Assembly: GCA_030704615.1 (NCBI GenBank)
Contig: CM060731.1
Span: forward strand, 51,398,001-51,462,000
Direction of reading: 5' to 3'
DNA: 64,000 nucleotides
Source of the DNA: Takakia lepidozioides
Taxonomy: Eukaryota > Plantae > Bryophyta
Made by a program: the position numbers and the translations under genes
Notes under the pieces: model-generated
The model's database searches: none
Told to the model about the DNA's origin: nothing
The model's input: only the letters and a program-made list of their open reading frames with translations
Shown: piece by piece, positions 12,790 through 26,113 of the stretch
Layout: every line of letters begins with the position of its first letter
How positions within the stretch are numbered: the stretch's first letter is position 1

Positions 12790-13716
12790 CTGATTGCAAG
12801 ACTAGCTAGTGAGAAATCTGGCATAAACTCCAATAGTTGGCAATAATCCAATTCAACTCGAGTTTCTGCAGCTCAATTGTAGTCTTACTTCAGGTAAGAG
12901 GCACATGGTAGGTGATGAGATGTAGGCTTCGTGTATCTCCCTCCAGCAATGTTAGAGGGTTGATGACAGCTCTTATTGATTAGCCATTATGTAATGGTAG
13001 CATTTGAGCTGTCCTCAGCCTCTACATTACACTTTTTGGCTCTACACAACCAATCTTTTATCCATTACCTGTGCTGGGGACAACTTAATCAACAGAGAAT
13101 GAGCTGCAGGGCAGGGTGATCTCAGATGCGATGTAATGCACGACTGAAAAGACTGGAAGCCCATCTCATCTGTACAACACACAATCCTGAAAGTTTGCAT
13201 GCGACTATTAGAGTAACACCAGTACTGGCAACACTTCCTTAGGCAATTGATTCATGAAGGCTTCGTTTCCTCATACGCCAGCTGAAGATTTTCTGCTGTC
13301 AGCTTCTCCCCTCCAATTCACCTCCACAAAGTTGTGTTGTTTTCCTTGAATTTGCTTTAAAGTTGGCATGCTGCTTGCTAAACTATGTGATGTCACTCAC
13401 ACCACAATGATGATTTGGTTTGCTCAAATGACAGTCAAATGCAGTGAGTCTGTCGAACTTAAAGCTTGAGGCAGCAGAGGTTGTAGGCACAGATATAAAT
13501 TTTTAACGATCCTCTCATAAAGCCACTAATGAGGCCCCCTGAAACACATCAATGCAAATGGCTCTTCCTTACCAAAACGTCTCCACACAGTTGTACATTT
13601 TTTCAGATTTGGATTTCACCATCAAGAGTATGATAAAGGAAAAGTCCCACAGTGATACAGAGATCGTGTTTTTCCAATCAGTAGTAACTAAGTACGTGCA
13701 GTTCGGCAAAGACGAC

Positions 13717-13753
13717 AAACCCTAAACACTCAAACCCTAAAGACAAACCCTAA
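13717..13753 (+). promoter_or_regulatory. Three telo-boxes (AAACCCTAA) upstream of RPL4
   Basis: AAACCCTAA at 13717, 13732 and 13745; telo-boxes are established elements of plant ribosomal-protein promoters. Confidence 0.85.
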
Positions 13754-13832
13754 AGACTCTCCCCCGTGTGTGCTTCTCCCTTTGTCGTGTAAGACTCGTC
13801 TCTCTCGTGAACTGTTTGCAGAGCTTGCAACG

Positions 13833-15957
13833 ATGGCGGCCGCAGCACGTCCTCTGGTCACGGTGCAGGCCTTGGATGGAGAGGGTGCAGCTGCGTCGGC
13901 CACCCTTCCAGCTGTGTTTCTCTCACCAATTCGACAGGATGTTGTGCAATCCGTGCACACATCTCTTGCAAAGAACAAGAGGCAGCCTTATGCTGTGAGC
14001 AAGAAGGCTGGGCATCAGACGTCGGCCGAATCATGGGGGACGGGAAGAGCTGTGTCTCGTATTCCGAGGGTTCCTGGAGGTGGTACCCATCGTGCTGGCC
14101 AGGGAGCTTTTGGCAATATGTGTCGCGGCGGTCGCATGTTTGCTCCAACTAAGATCTGGCGGCGATGGCACCGCAAGGTGAACCTGAATCAGAAGAGGTA
14201 TGCTATTGCGTCTGCCTTGGCGGCGTCAGCAATCCCTTCCCTGCTTCTTGCCAGGGGTCACCGCATTGAGAAGGTTCCGGAGGTTCCCTTGGTTCTGAGC
14301 GATACGGTGGAGGGCATTGAGAAGACATCCTCCGCTGTGAAGCTGCTGAAGAAGTTCGGTGCTTATGAGGATGTTGAGAAAGTGAAGGCGAGCCACAAAA
14401 TCCGGGCCGGAAAGGGGAAGATGAGGAACAGGAGGTGCGTCTCTCGCAGAGGCCCTCTGATCGTGTATGGTGCTGAGGGTGCGAAACTGGTGAAGGCCTT
14501 CAGAAACATCCCTGGCGTGGAGATTGTGTCCGTGGACCGCTTGAATTTGCTGCAGCTTGCTCCAGGTTAGTTATCTTGTGAAGAAGCTATTTTATGTTTC
14601 CCTTGCGGTGGTGTGCATGCCATGATTCTGGGAAACCTAGCGAAGATAGGGATCATCCTGGAGAATATCTTTCTTATTCAAGTTGAAGGAGGATGTTCTT
14701 GGTACTCGAAAAAAAATGGAAATCTCTAGGGATTGATCATGTTTCTGAAGTTCCCTATATTTCTAGGGGCAATCAACAAGCCCTACCTCTGCAAAAGCTG
14801 TTGACTTTAATATCTTATCAACAGTACCATCTGCTTGTATCAAAGCAGGGCAGGTCAATCTGACCCAAAGCAGCACATATGCATGATTGGTAACTTGCCA
14901 AAAGTGCCTCACGAGAAAGCATTCAACACAGCAGTTTCGCAAGTCTATCTGGTAAAATTTTAGTGAAAGATAAGTGAGATAACAATGGGACTGGCGCACA
15001 GTTGATTCACATATTCTTCCCAGTTTTTTGAAAGGACTAGATACAGCAAGACAGGCAGAGAGTGTAGTATACTTTGAAGTTTGTGTAAGATACGTCTTGA
15101 CCAGAACACACATGATGTTTGGTAGTTTGCCAATGGAGGGGACAGCTTTGAAACCTTCATGCACAACATTATAAAGCACACGAAAGTGGATGGATTAAAA
15201 ATGGATCTTGTAAGATAACAGCAGAGTGCTGAAAGGACGCCCTGCTTCTTTTGCTGGCCCTGGAGCAACATATTGATTGACACAAGAAATTGGTGCATTT
15301 GGCTGCAGGTGGTCACCTTGGCCGATTTATTGTATGGACCAAGTCTGCCTTTGAGAAGCTGGATGCAATCTTTGGTTCTCTAGAGAAGAAGTCACTTGTG
15401 AAGAAAGATTATATCCTACCCCGACCCATCATGGGCAACCCAGATTTGGCTAGAATCATCAACTCTGATGAGATTCAGAGTGTTGTCCGCCCTGCCAAGA
15501 AGGACATTAAGAGACGTGCACTGAAGAAGAATCCCCTGAAGAACCTGGGTGCTCTTCTGAAGCTGAACCCATATGCCAAGACAGCCAGGAGGATGGAACT
15601 TCTGGCCCAGGAGCAGCGTGCCAAGGCCAAGGCGGAGAAGCTTGAGAGCAAGAGGAAAACCCCTAAGGTACATATGTCTTACACCTAGATGCTTCTGTGT
15701 TATTCCTAGACTGTTTGTATGTCAAAACTTGGGTTGTAGTGTAAAATGTCCAAAATTCAGTATATGTTTGTTTTCTGAAAGTGGCTTATGTTGGAGTTTC
15801 AACATGTTACTTACAATTGATCTGTGGTGGCAATGTGCAGCCTGAAGAGAAGGAGGCTGTGAAGAAGGCTGGTGCTTCTTGGTACAAAACTATGGTCTCT
15901 GACAGTGAGTACACAGAGTTTGAGAATTTCACAAAGTGGTTGGGTGTGCCACAATGA
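13833..15957 (+). CDS. RPL4: 60S ribosomal protein L4 (uL4); exons 13833-14565, 15309-15667, 15841-15957
   Basis: [26 protein letters not shown]|[18 protein letters not shown]-terminal [16 protein letters not shown]; canonical splice sites. Confidence 0.98.
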
Positions 15958-17114
15958 GTGATGCAATGTCTAGCTTTCTTACTGTGGCCAGTATACCCTG
16001 GGATGCAATTTTGTCAGTGAGTAAGGTCAGGAATGCAGAGCTGGGCAGCACTATGTGCTATGTTCAATTATATCCCGCATTGCTTGTATGCATAGTCATT
16101 GAATAGTATGCATAGTCTTTGTATGTCTTTGAACTGGATGTTATGGGTCGTGTAAAGATGGTGAAGCCTAGTTGAAGTTCCTTTTTTGCCCTCATCCTTA
16201 ATTCCCACGGATATCATAATATAGAGGGCAATAAAAGAAGAAATGTTCTTCAGTTCAATTTCCTGGTTGACAGAACTCATGATTCGCTGTCCTTGTACCT
16301 GTTGAAATATTAGAAGAAGTACAAACAGATCTTCATCACAAGAGACCTGACTTAATGTTGTCAGACAGAAACTTTTCAAATCTCCACTTACATACAAGAT
16401 CGAGAACTTGGACTTGTCAGATTCATCCTTTCACTTAGGGGACTCCACAGGGCGACCACCATGGATCCCAATGTCAGCACTGGGGGCACTGTTGCACACA
16501 GCAAAAGAAATCTGGGGCATAGACTGCTGTATGTAGACCTGTATGTTAACCTCAATTGTGTCATACGTGCTGTGTTCCTGATGATGCGTGCATATGAGCA
16601 TACAGGATCCAGTCCACCTTATAGCCATTTTGGTGGAAGAAATTCTCGAGCTAGGACTAGTCTCATCACAAGACATACTTTTGACTGCAGAACATGCTGC
16701 AACTGGGCATCCTACTGACCAGAAAATCACCTGTGATAGCGAAGGCAGGAAACAAGCACAACATGTAAGTCATGCTTTGAGCAGCTGCGTACCTGTGTAA
16801 ACATGGCTCCACTAAGCCCTTGAGAAGGCCAACCACAACTCCCCTGTCTGAGGGCAAGTTACCAAATATACACCTCAGTGAGTGCTCTAAGAACCGACTC
16901 TCTGGGACCATATGAATTCGTCCATCCACATACTGACATCAAGTATTACAGCTGGTCATCCACCGACCATCCGCCTCCCTTGTGACATTGAGAGATTGAG
17001 AGAGAGGAGAATTTACAGAGAGAGGCTCCGGGAAGACGAAGTCGAGGTGGCGAGCATTTGGGTTGAATTGGGAGCAAGGACGAGGGTTGTTGAGGAGCTG
17101 AGTGTGCCAAGAAG

Positions 17115-18982
17115 ATGGAAGGGGCTCTGTCCAAAGCAGGCAGCTATTTCTTTGCCAAGCGTGCTCAGAAGGAAATGGACTCCTGGAGCGATGATGTCAC
17201 TGTACACCCCCAACCCGCTTGATCTCTTTTGGTTATGCAGTATGCTCTTTTGGAAATTTTTTGTTCCAGCTCCAGGAAAGTAGGAGAATGTCTGACAAAC
17301 GTCTCTCTCTGCGGAATTTTCCAACAACGTGAAAATGGATTGGGCATGTCTACATTGAACCGTTGATCTGGCTCATGAACTTTGTCATTGGTAAGAAAGG
17401 AAAGCTATTATACATCATTCTAGGTGCTGGATGGCCACTTTGACATAGGCTAACTGAAGCAGGGGGTCCTGTAAGTCCTGACTATTTCAGTCCATGTGGT
17501 GTAAAACGATGGCTTATAAGCATGGATCGGTCCACTATAGTGTAGTCTTGTAAGCTATAGCGACGAAATTGTACTTCATAGTGAAATTTGGAGAACGAAA
17601 TACATCAAGATGAAACCTAAAGCCCCAGCCTACTGTAACTCTTCATGAGTCCAAACCACTTATTTCCTGCAAAATGACGACGTGCATTTCATGGTATCTT
17701 TTGAGTTCTTGCTTATGGTCACCAGCTGCTTTTGAATGAAATGGTCGGATTGTTGTCCTAGTTTGCCCTTACATATGACGCCGCAAGTTGGTTGTCGAGA
17801 GTGTTTTGGGCAGAACTACTGGTGAAGAAAGGAATGAAACTGATTCCCACACAATGCGAGGTTAACCAGGTCATTGATCTTTGGGATGTTCGTTGAGTGG
17901 TGGACTTCTAGAATTACATGCCAAGACCATCTCGCAATTGGCATTTGAATCTGGTCTCACCATAGATCTGTAAGGAAGATGGCACGCAGACTTCCTTGAC
18001 ATCTTTGTGGGATTGAGGTCCTACAACATTCCTAACCTGGCGTTGAAAAGCAGATATAGACTTGTGGAAGTCCTTGTGCATGTTAAATACTTCTCACCGT
18101 TTATCCCTCAGCTGCTGTGTTCAAATTCTCTTTGCAAAGAGTCAATTACTATTGTTATTGCTGCCTTAGACTACAGTCTCCCTTTTCCCTTTGATTCTGT
18201 CACCTTTCCTATGTGAGTCTTGAGTTCATCCGTAGTGTCTTCAAGATGATGGAGGATCATGGTGAGGTGGTTATTCTTGAAGTTTTGGTTTTACATTTGC
18301 TGGAGACTATTTCCATAGTTACAAGGGTTACTGTGTGTGGGGGAGCTGGATGGAGCAGGCCATGTCAAGTAGTGTGGAAGAAGGTGCCAAACGCTTCATC
18401 AACATATTAAGAGGTTCTTCTTTTGTCTCCTGACCTTGCCATCTCACTTTCTGTGGCAAAATACACTTCGTGTTCTTGAAGTTGAAGGCCTCTACTAATG
18501 AGTGGGAGTCTTTGGCAGACAGAAATACAGAAAGACAGAAAGATAAAGAATAATAAGATTTAGAGTTGTGCTCAGACTAAATCTACAAGTGGGTGACAGG
18601 AAAAGTGCAAACACCGCTGCCAGATCTCCTACAACGATTTCAGCTTCCAAAGGGTATATTTCCAAAGAACGTGCTGAATTATGAATTCGAGGAAGCCACT
18701 GGAAAGATAGCAGTGTTGCTACCTTTCACGTGCGAAGTGGGCTACAGAGATTCCTCCGTTGTGCGCTTTGCCAAGCGAGTTACTGCAGTTTTGCAGACAG
18801 GAAAGCTCACTGAACTGGAGGGCATGAAGACTAAGGTACTTTACATGTGGGTGAAAGTGACATCAATATCTTCAGATACACCAGAAGCGAACAAGGTGAT
18901 ATATCTAGCAAGTATGAACAGACCACGACCCAGAGATGCCTATAATTACATTCGCGATGGAATTGAAGTGGACACCTTCTAG
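17115..18982 (+). CDS. DUF538 family protein (At5g01610-like); exons 17115-17201, 18359-18413, 18600-18982
   Basis: MEGALSKAGSYFFAKRAQKEMDS..|AMSSSVEEGAKRFINILRG|KVQTPLPDLL...LPKGIFP...CEVGYRDSSVVRF...GKLTELEGMKTK. Confidence 0.9.
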
Positions 18983-19244
18983 TCTTTAGATGCTGACCTT
19001 TTCTTTCACCGGTTTTTTCATTTACTTTGTGGACATGTAATCCCACTTATATCTAGTTGGTTGGAATTGTGTAGATTTGTTAGCAAATGTGTGAATTGGA
19101 TCCCAGTGTTCCTTGACTTGAGGGGGGAGCGAGCCCTAAATGCAGCTCCTTGTAATAAAATTGCTTGTGCTAATGAAGTTTCTCAACTTAACATAGCTTG
19201 CTGAACATCTCCCTCCCTCCCTCCCTCCCTCTCTCTCTCTCTCT

Positions 19245-19850
19245 GTGCTGGACAGATCACACACAGCAGATTGATGCTTGTGTGAAGGGCTTTCGAGAGG
19301 AAATCTGGACAGCCTGAACTAATTGTTTATATCAAGGTAAGTCCCACTACTGACAATGGTAGTATCCGTTCTCTCTTGTTCCGAACAGACTGGGCACGGG
19401 GTCTACAGCCACAAGGCTCCGGCAAACGTCTTATGAGTACATTCTCTCTCTCTCGCTGGCATGGGCAAGGGCCTTATGGATGATCTCAAGGGCCTACCTA
19501 CCCTTGGCACTCAAGTGAGAATCTCATGTGAACAATAAATGGATGCAGAGAGGAAAAGGAAATTGTTTTTGTCCCATGTGCCGGCAACCTGAAGACAATA
19601 TCCATTTTCTGATACAAAACAGTCTGGGGTATTCTCACCAGACCCTCTTCAGTGACATCAAGAACATGGTTCCTGCACCTCTATTCACCATCTTTCAAAA
19701 TCTCAAGGCTGAGCCTAAAGCCCTGGCCTTGTTGGGGTCTAACTTTGGGCAGATCACACGCACCAAATTGATGCCTGTGTGAAGTGCTTTCAAGAGGAAC
19801 TCTGGAAAGCCCGAACTAATAATTGTTTGTATGAAGGTAAGTTCCACTAC
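19245..19850 (+). mobile_element. LINE 3'-end remnants (C-terminal CCHC-type zinc finger; duplicated 3' segment at 19250-19350 and 19745-19850)
   Basis: DDLKGLPTLGT...CPMCRQPEDNIHFL; same family as 37000-37600. Confidence 0.7.
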
Positions 19851-21726
19851 CTTTGTGAGCCCCTCACAAAGGTAGTGCCTGTTCCCTGTGTTTCTCTGTC
19901 ACTGCCTGCTCTCGGAGCTTTCATGCAAATGTGAACAAGCCAAGGACAGAAAGCCCCACCCAAAAAGCTGGGCTCTGCCTTTCGCCACAAATGAATTAAT
20001 AAATATCTACCCCTCTTACGGGCTCTTTCTACGCACTTATTTGTGGCGAAACGTGGCCAGAGGGTTAACGTCCGGCCGGGCCGACGTTTCGCCCTGCCTT
20101 CGCCTGAGCAGGCAGAACACACACCAGCGTGCGAGAAGAGCGAGAGAGAGGCAGGGTGTTGTTGTGTGCGGGCTGCCAGCACCCGGGGTGCAATCAGATC
20201 CCAAGGATACCAAGGATTCGATTATTTCTGAATAAGGTAAGCTGAACGCTGTCATTTGTCCTATTGCGTAGATGTGACTGTGTGCTTCCTGTGAATGTGG
20301 TTGCAGTCCGAATCGCTACGCTTTTTTGGATAATTTGTAACCCTAAGGAATGGGGAGAAAGGTCGGAGGGATTTCGAGTTAGATTGGACTGGGTACAATG
20401 AGAGAAAATGAATAAGTCTTCTACAGAATGGCCCCCTGGAGACAAGGGGGAGAGTGCATGGAGGGATGCTGACTTAGAGTGATAAGTGATTTCGCACGGA
20501 ATGCCGTAATGAGAAAAATTGAAGAGAGACAGAGGGGACAAACAGAGGCCGGAAAGTCAGGTTGGGGGTTTTGGGGCCGATATTAGAATTGCTCGACTGC
20601 CTGGGTGAGGTGGCCCCGTCGTGATGGAGACGTGGCATCGTTCCTTGATGGATCTAATCGGCCGCTTCACATTTTGGAAATTTGAAGGGGTCAGAATCAG
20701 ATCTAGCATTGCTCAAAGAGTGAAGCCAAATTGGCCAAAATGAAACGAATTTCTGGCAAACGTGCTGGATCCGTACCTATTGGGGAACCGGCCACAATTC
20801 TAACGAGTGATTGAACATAAAGTGGAGCATCAGCTCACCTATGGTTAGTAAATGAGAGTTCTAGTCACAGAATTAGTGTCAGAGTTCAGATCTGGTGGGG
20901 TTGATGCGGTCTTCGGCCTTCTCTCTCCAGACCTTATCCCATGCCCTCTCTTCTCATGGAGAAAGGTGTGAAATTGACTGGACTCACTTGGTGCATAAGT
21001 GTTTCCTGAATAAGTTCCCCAAAGAAAGGCCAAAAACCTCCACTACGGTATTTTCATTTTTCCTCCTGCCCTGAAACACCAGTTTCAATCATGATGTATT
21101 GTTTCTGCTCCAGCATATGTTATGTATGCACTATCTGGAACTAGGCCCATTTCAATGGCAGCAGAATTTCTGAGACTGGATTTCTCTAGTTTATTCTTGT
21201 GTGGAGAAAGGAGCTGTTCTTCTCTTGTTTCTCTTGTTGGCGGTGTAGGAATTCATTTGGTCACCTGATGTGTGAATGTCCTTGAATGGAGTGATTCACA
21301 ACCTTAAGACAGGTTGTTGCTTTTAAATTGAAACAGGACATGCCTGCCACCATGTTCGGACTGGTCATATTATTTTGACTTCATATTTCAGAAATTTTGT
21401 CTAATAAGGATTAGGGTTGCTGCAGATTAGGATTACTATTACCTGTGTCTCTCTGCAGCTCCCTCCCACCCCTCCCCTCATGAATGACACAAATAAAATG
21501 CATACCATCTGGGTGCATTTCACTTTTGATTCAATCAATGATACTTCCTAGAAGGGATATAGGTAACAACTAATAACAAGATTGCTCAATAGCTGTCTGG
21601 ACGTGACTTAGTTTTGGCAGCTATTCTGTAAACACTTTATATCATTCAGGTGTCGGTTGTCTCATTATGTTTCCTTGCTTCTTCTTTCGGTCATGTATAA
21701 GGCCTGAGTGAGTGGGTGCAGACAAC

Positions 21727-23843
21727 ATGGCGGAAGAAAAGTATAACATGAAGAACCCTGCAGTGAAGCGCATATTACAGGAGGTGAAGGAGATGCAAAA
21801 CAATCCAAGTGATGAGTACATGAGTCTTCCCCTCGAGGTTGTTCATTTCTTAACCTTCAATTCCTGCTGTTTTACCCCTGATTGTTTTAGGTGCAGAGGG
21901 GTGAATTGTCAACCTAAAGGCTCAGGGACCTTTTCTATCGAGTCTGAAGGCATTCTTTTCTCACTTGTCGAAGGTGCATGACAGATGTTCTCACAGTATA
22001 TTTGTGTCTTCCTTCTGTAACCTTTACAAGGGCTTGCAACAGCAGCAAGAGAGTTGACTGGTGGGTGGCATTGCAGGATAACATATTTGAATGGCACTTT
22101 GCAATACGTGGACCATCAGACACTGAGTTTCAAGGTGGCATTTATCATGGCCGAATCCAGTTACCCCCTGAATATCCCTTCAAGCCCCCTGCCTTCATGC
22201 TCCTCACAGTAAGCCCTCCTCCTCTTAGGGTTTTGTATTTTTCATTTAGCAGTGGAGGAGGCACAGAAGGTGGTTTGTGAGGTCTTGTCATCGTCTCAGT
22301 GGAAACTGATGGGTGTGAATGTTTGGCAGCCAAATGGGCGTTTTGAGACCCAGACCAAGATCTGCCTTAGCATCTCACAACACCACCCGGAGCACTGGCA
22401 GCCATCCTGGAGTGGTGCATCTCACACCCAATAGATTCTATAGATCCCTTTTGTGCTGTCTGGTCCTTCCAAACTGGGTGCAGGACCTATAGCTGCAAGG
22501 CTATGGCCAAGAACCTTGTAAAGTGTCTTTTTTGGCTCTGGTTTTGTTTCCTCTCTTGTTTTTTCCATTTTGTCCCATAAGCTCTTTGAGCTTTCCACGG
22601 ACGTTATGAAGTACCATTCATTTCATTTCATTTCTCTCCCCACCCCACTTTTAGCTTCTAAAATGTTGAAGGGATTTTTATGGACAGTGCGGACAGCGCT
22701 GGTTGCATTGATAGCATTCATGCCCACGAAACCTGATGGCGCCTTAGGATCCCTGGACTACACCAAGGAGGAGCGCCGTACCTTGGCCATCAAATCACGT
22801 ACTGCTGCTCCCAAGTTTGGCAACCCAGAACGCCAAACATTGATAGATGAGGTACAGCATTATAAATTCCTTCAGCTGGTTCTGGATGCCAAGCTCTTTT
22901 CCTTTCAGATTAAGGGTGCTGGTGAATCAAGGACTCCGATACGGTTGATTGTCTGTTAGTGCAAGGCTTTGTGTCTCATTTCACTGGTGTCATGTGCGAG
23001 GGATGCCTTCATAGAAATAAGGAAAAGGAGGGGGCATGTCTAATGATTGTGATGTAAGTGCAAATTTGTTTTGAGAACCATGTAAGCCTATGTCAGAGGT
23101 GCACACACATACCAGACTCCAGCAAGCAGCCACATACATGTTGGGATGTGCATAGCCACTATCAATTCACAAGATAGAAAGCGGATACTTATCAGTGAAG
23201 GCTGCTCTACATTTCAAATCCTGCAAGAAGTTTGGCACAAAATCCATTCCGAAACGCTGTTGAGTCTCATCATTTTCCTAATTCTGAAGACAGTGACGAC
23301 AAAGGATGTGGTGAAGGGGGAAATGCATCAGGTGAGGGGAGGGGACATTGACAAGTGGAAGTGGGTGCACGGAGGTGGTGGCAGATCCATGAACATATGA
23401 TGAAGAAAGCACTGCCAGTCCCTGAACTGCCTGCTGCTACTGCAGATGCTGAGGAGGAGGAGGAGGAGGTTGAGGAGGAGGTCGAGGAGGCCCCACTGGA
23501 GCCCCTGCTGGATGCAGCAGCTGAAAGGGGTGCTGTAGTAGAGAATGTGCATGAGCTGCGTGTGAATGCAAATGCCGGCCCAATTGCTGTCAGCTTCAGT
23601 GCTGGCTTCAGGGTGGCCACTCGCACTCCCCCTGCTGCTATTGCTCAGCAGCAGCCGCCACAGCACCAAGCACTAGCAGGAGCTGGAGGAGCAGTACAGG
23701 GTAGGCCGGCAGTGCAACAGCAGTCAACTGATCGGGGCTTGACTTTGCTGGCTATCGCTCTCACTGTGGCCATCATTGCACTCTTTATCAAGAAGCTGAT
23801 GAAGTCATCAGGGGTACCTGATGTTGTGGGGAGCCCTCTTTAG
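21727..23843 (+). CDS. UBC32: Tail-anchored ubiquitin-conjugating enzyme E2, UBC32/UBE2J1 type; exons 21727-21837, 22077-22208, 22330-22414, 22688-22851, 23385-23843
   Basis: NPAVKRILQEVKE, PNGRFETQTKICLSIS (catalytic Cys), WQPSWSVRTAL, acidic linker, C-terminal TM helix LTLLAIALTVAIIALFI. Confidence 0.93.
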
Positions 23844-24469
23844 GGCTTGTACACATAACACATGTTTTGTGGGGAGCCTTTGTTTGGCTGTTCCTATTGC
23901 TTGTTGTTGTGCATGCTTGTGCTCATCTTCATCTCATGTGATTCTGACCACTGGCATAAATAGAGGATTATGTGGAGCTCCGACAGTGGCAACAGCCAGG
24001 CCGGCATACACCCGTCAGGGTTGACCCATGGACGGTGTGCCACCGTGGCAGGCAGGGATGTGTTGTAGGTAGGCAACCTGTCAGGTCTCATTGCAGGGAA
24101 TGGTGCCACTGTTGAGAATGTACTGCAATGTAGGGTGGTTGTGGTCTCATTGGATATCGTGTTTGTAGCACATATAATGAGTTTAGCCGGTGAAACTCTT
24201 CACCATGACAGTCAGTCTCTAAAACCTAGATTTATAATGGTGGTAGGAAAAAATAAAATCTAGCTAGTAGTATACATTTCAGGCAGAGACAAAGAATAAT
24301 CAACATCAAAACATTTATATTAGGAAAACTGCGGGAGGGTAGAAGGGTGGTGTGGTTGGGGAGAGTAGCTCTTTGTCTTGACACCCAAGCTAGGGTTGCT
24401 GATGCAGCCAGAGAGCTCGGTGGCTGTTTGTGTCTCTCGTGTGAAGATGGTTGAAGCGTGGCTCCACGG

Positions 24470-25250
24470 CATCGCTCAAGCTGCAGAAGCGGCTGGTTGT
24501 CAGCATTCTCAAGTGTGGGCAGCAAAACGTCTGACTGGATCCCAATGAGGTCAATGAAATCTCTATTGCCAATTCCAGGCAAAACATCAGGAAGTTGGTG
24601 ACGGATGGGTTTGCGATCAGAGAGCCTCGGAACTTTACGCTCTTGGGCTCTTTGGCTTCCGACCTAGGTGAAATTCTACTTTCTCTTGTGCATGTGTTCA
24701 TCTCAGATCTGAATGGCTGTTTGGAGGTTTGTGATTTGGTAGATACTGCAAAACATCCAAGGTGCATGCTTTTTTGTGCTTCAACAAGCATGCCTCCTCA
24801 GCATTTGGAAGTGGTCATACATCCTGATGCTGGATTATGAAGTCCAAGGTGTTTAGATTGCATGGAAATGTAAGCTTCTTCTTTCTTACCACCCCTGCAG
24901 CTGGTTATAGGTGGATCAATCTCCATATGGAGTTATCAGTTTCCCAGATTCGATCCAGGGGTGCTTTGTCTGTCCCACTTCCTTGCTGACGCAGTTGGCT
25001 TCATCCTCAACTTTGAAGTGCTGTGGTTGTGACACCTGCGTGTTCTCCTCCGCAAGTACCAAGAGGCAAAGATGATTGACAGCATATGTACTACAACATG
25101 TTTATGAAGGTCAAGGATAATGTATTCAGGAATAAGCAGGTGCTGACGGAGAGCTTCAATGGCTGACAAGGTGTGTAAGAGTATCTCTGACCAGTTCAAG
25201 GCTCGGTACACAGAGAGCAAAGCTTCCTGGGATTGGAAGATTGCCAGGCC
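24470..25250 (+). pseudogene. RPL19: 60S ribosomal protein L19 (eL19) pseudogene
   Basis: (ACG)[46 protein letters not shown] and LLRKYQEAKMID..MKVKDNVFRNKQVL..SISDQFKA; lost start codon, in-frame stop, frameshifts, deletions. Confidence 0.9.
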
Positions 25251-26113
25251 AAGGTTTGGTTATGAGCCAACACCTGCACCTTGTCAGATGCCCGTGCTGA
25301 TGACCACGTCAGATGGCCCAGGAAAGAAACCAAATAAGAGAGATTCTGATTTTCTTGCTCAGGTTGTTCACTCGTCGATTCGGCCCTTTAAGGGCCAGAG
25401 TCCTCAACAGTGCAGAAACTGACCAGATCTGCCCTAAATTTTACAGACATTATTGCTTTGTGTGTCAAGGATCTTGTGGTTCAGAGTCTTTCTCACTCAT
25501 AATCAACGGATGTGGCATGTGCAAATGCCTGGATTAGTCAACTGGAGGCCAATTGAAGTTTGTGGACTCCTTGCAACATTACCTCAGAAGTTTCATTTTG
25601 CAGTTCCAACAGTTCATGTGCAACCTGGGTCAGTTGATATTGAAATGATGTAGTCTGTTTGTCAGATGCCCTCTGGATTCTTCCACCTTGGTTCTTCATG
25701 AGGAGGAAGAAGGAAATCTGCAGTAGATCTGAAGCTCTACTGGTCCACCGATCCATCAGCGGACTTGATGACGGATCATGCCATCCACAGATCCGAAGTC
25801 TTAAATTAATAACTAATACTCAAAATATGATGTATTTTCACACCCACCACGGGACCCATCAGCTGGAGACACATCTGTCCCCTCAGCCATTGCATCAAAC
25901 AACAGTCAGACTTCTATGTGGCCAGAGGAAGACCAAACTCACGAGGAAAATAATGTAGAGGGTTGATACTTCATACCTTGTCTTTTCTTGTGGCCCTAAT
26001 ACGGATGTTGCCAATACCAGCTAGGTGGGGTATTGAGTATTGACCTAGGTGCTGGATACCCTGGTTGACACAACTGGCCAGACGCTGTGTAAGAGTCCAA
26101 CACTGGTCATGAC

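Noticed and set aside
14566-15308. Possible intronic C/D snoRNA in RPL4 intron 1 (ATGATG ... CTGA)
   Set aside because: Box C is imperfect and no terminal stem or recognisable rRNA guide was seen.
16430-16940. Exon-like segments on the minus strand with GT-AG boundaries
   Set aside because: No recognisable protein family in any frame; needs BLASTx.
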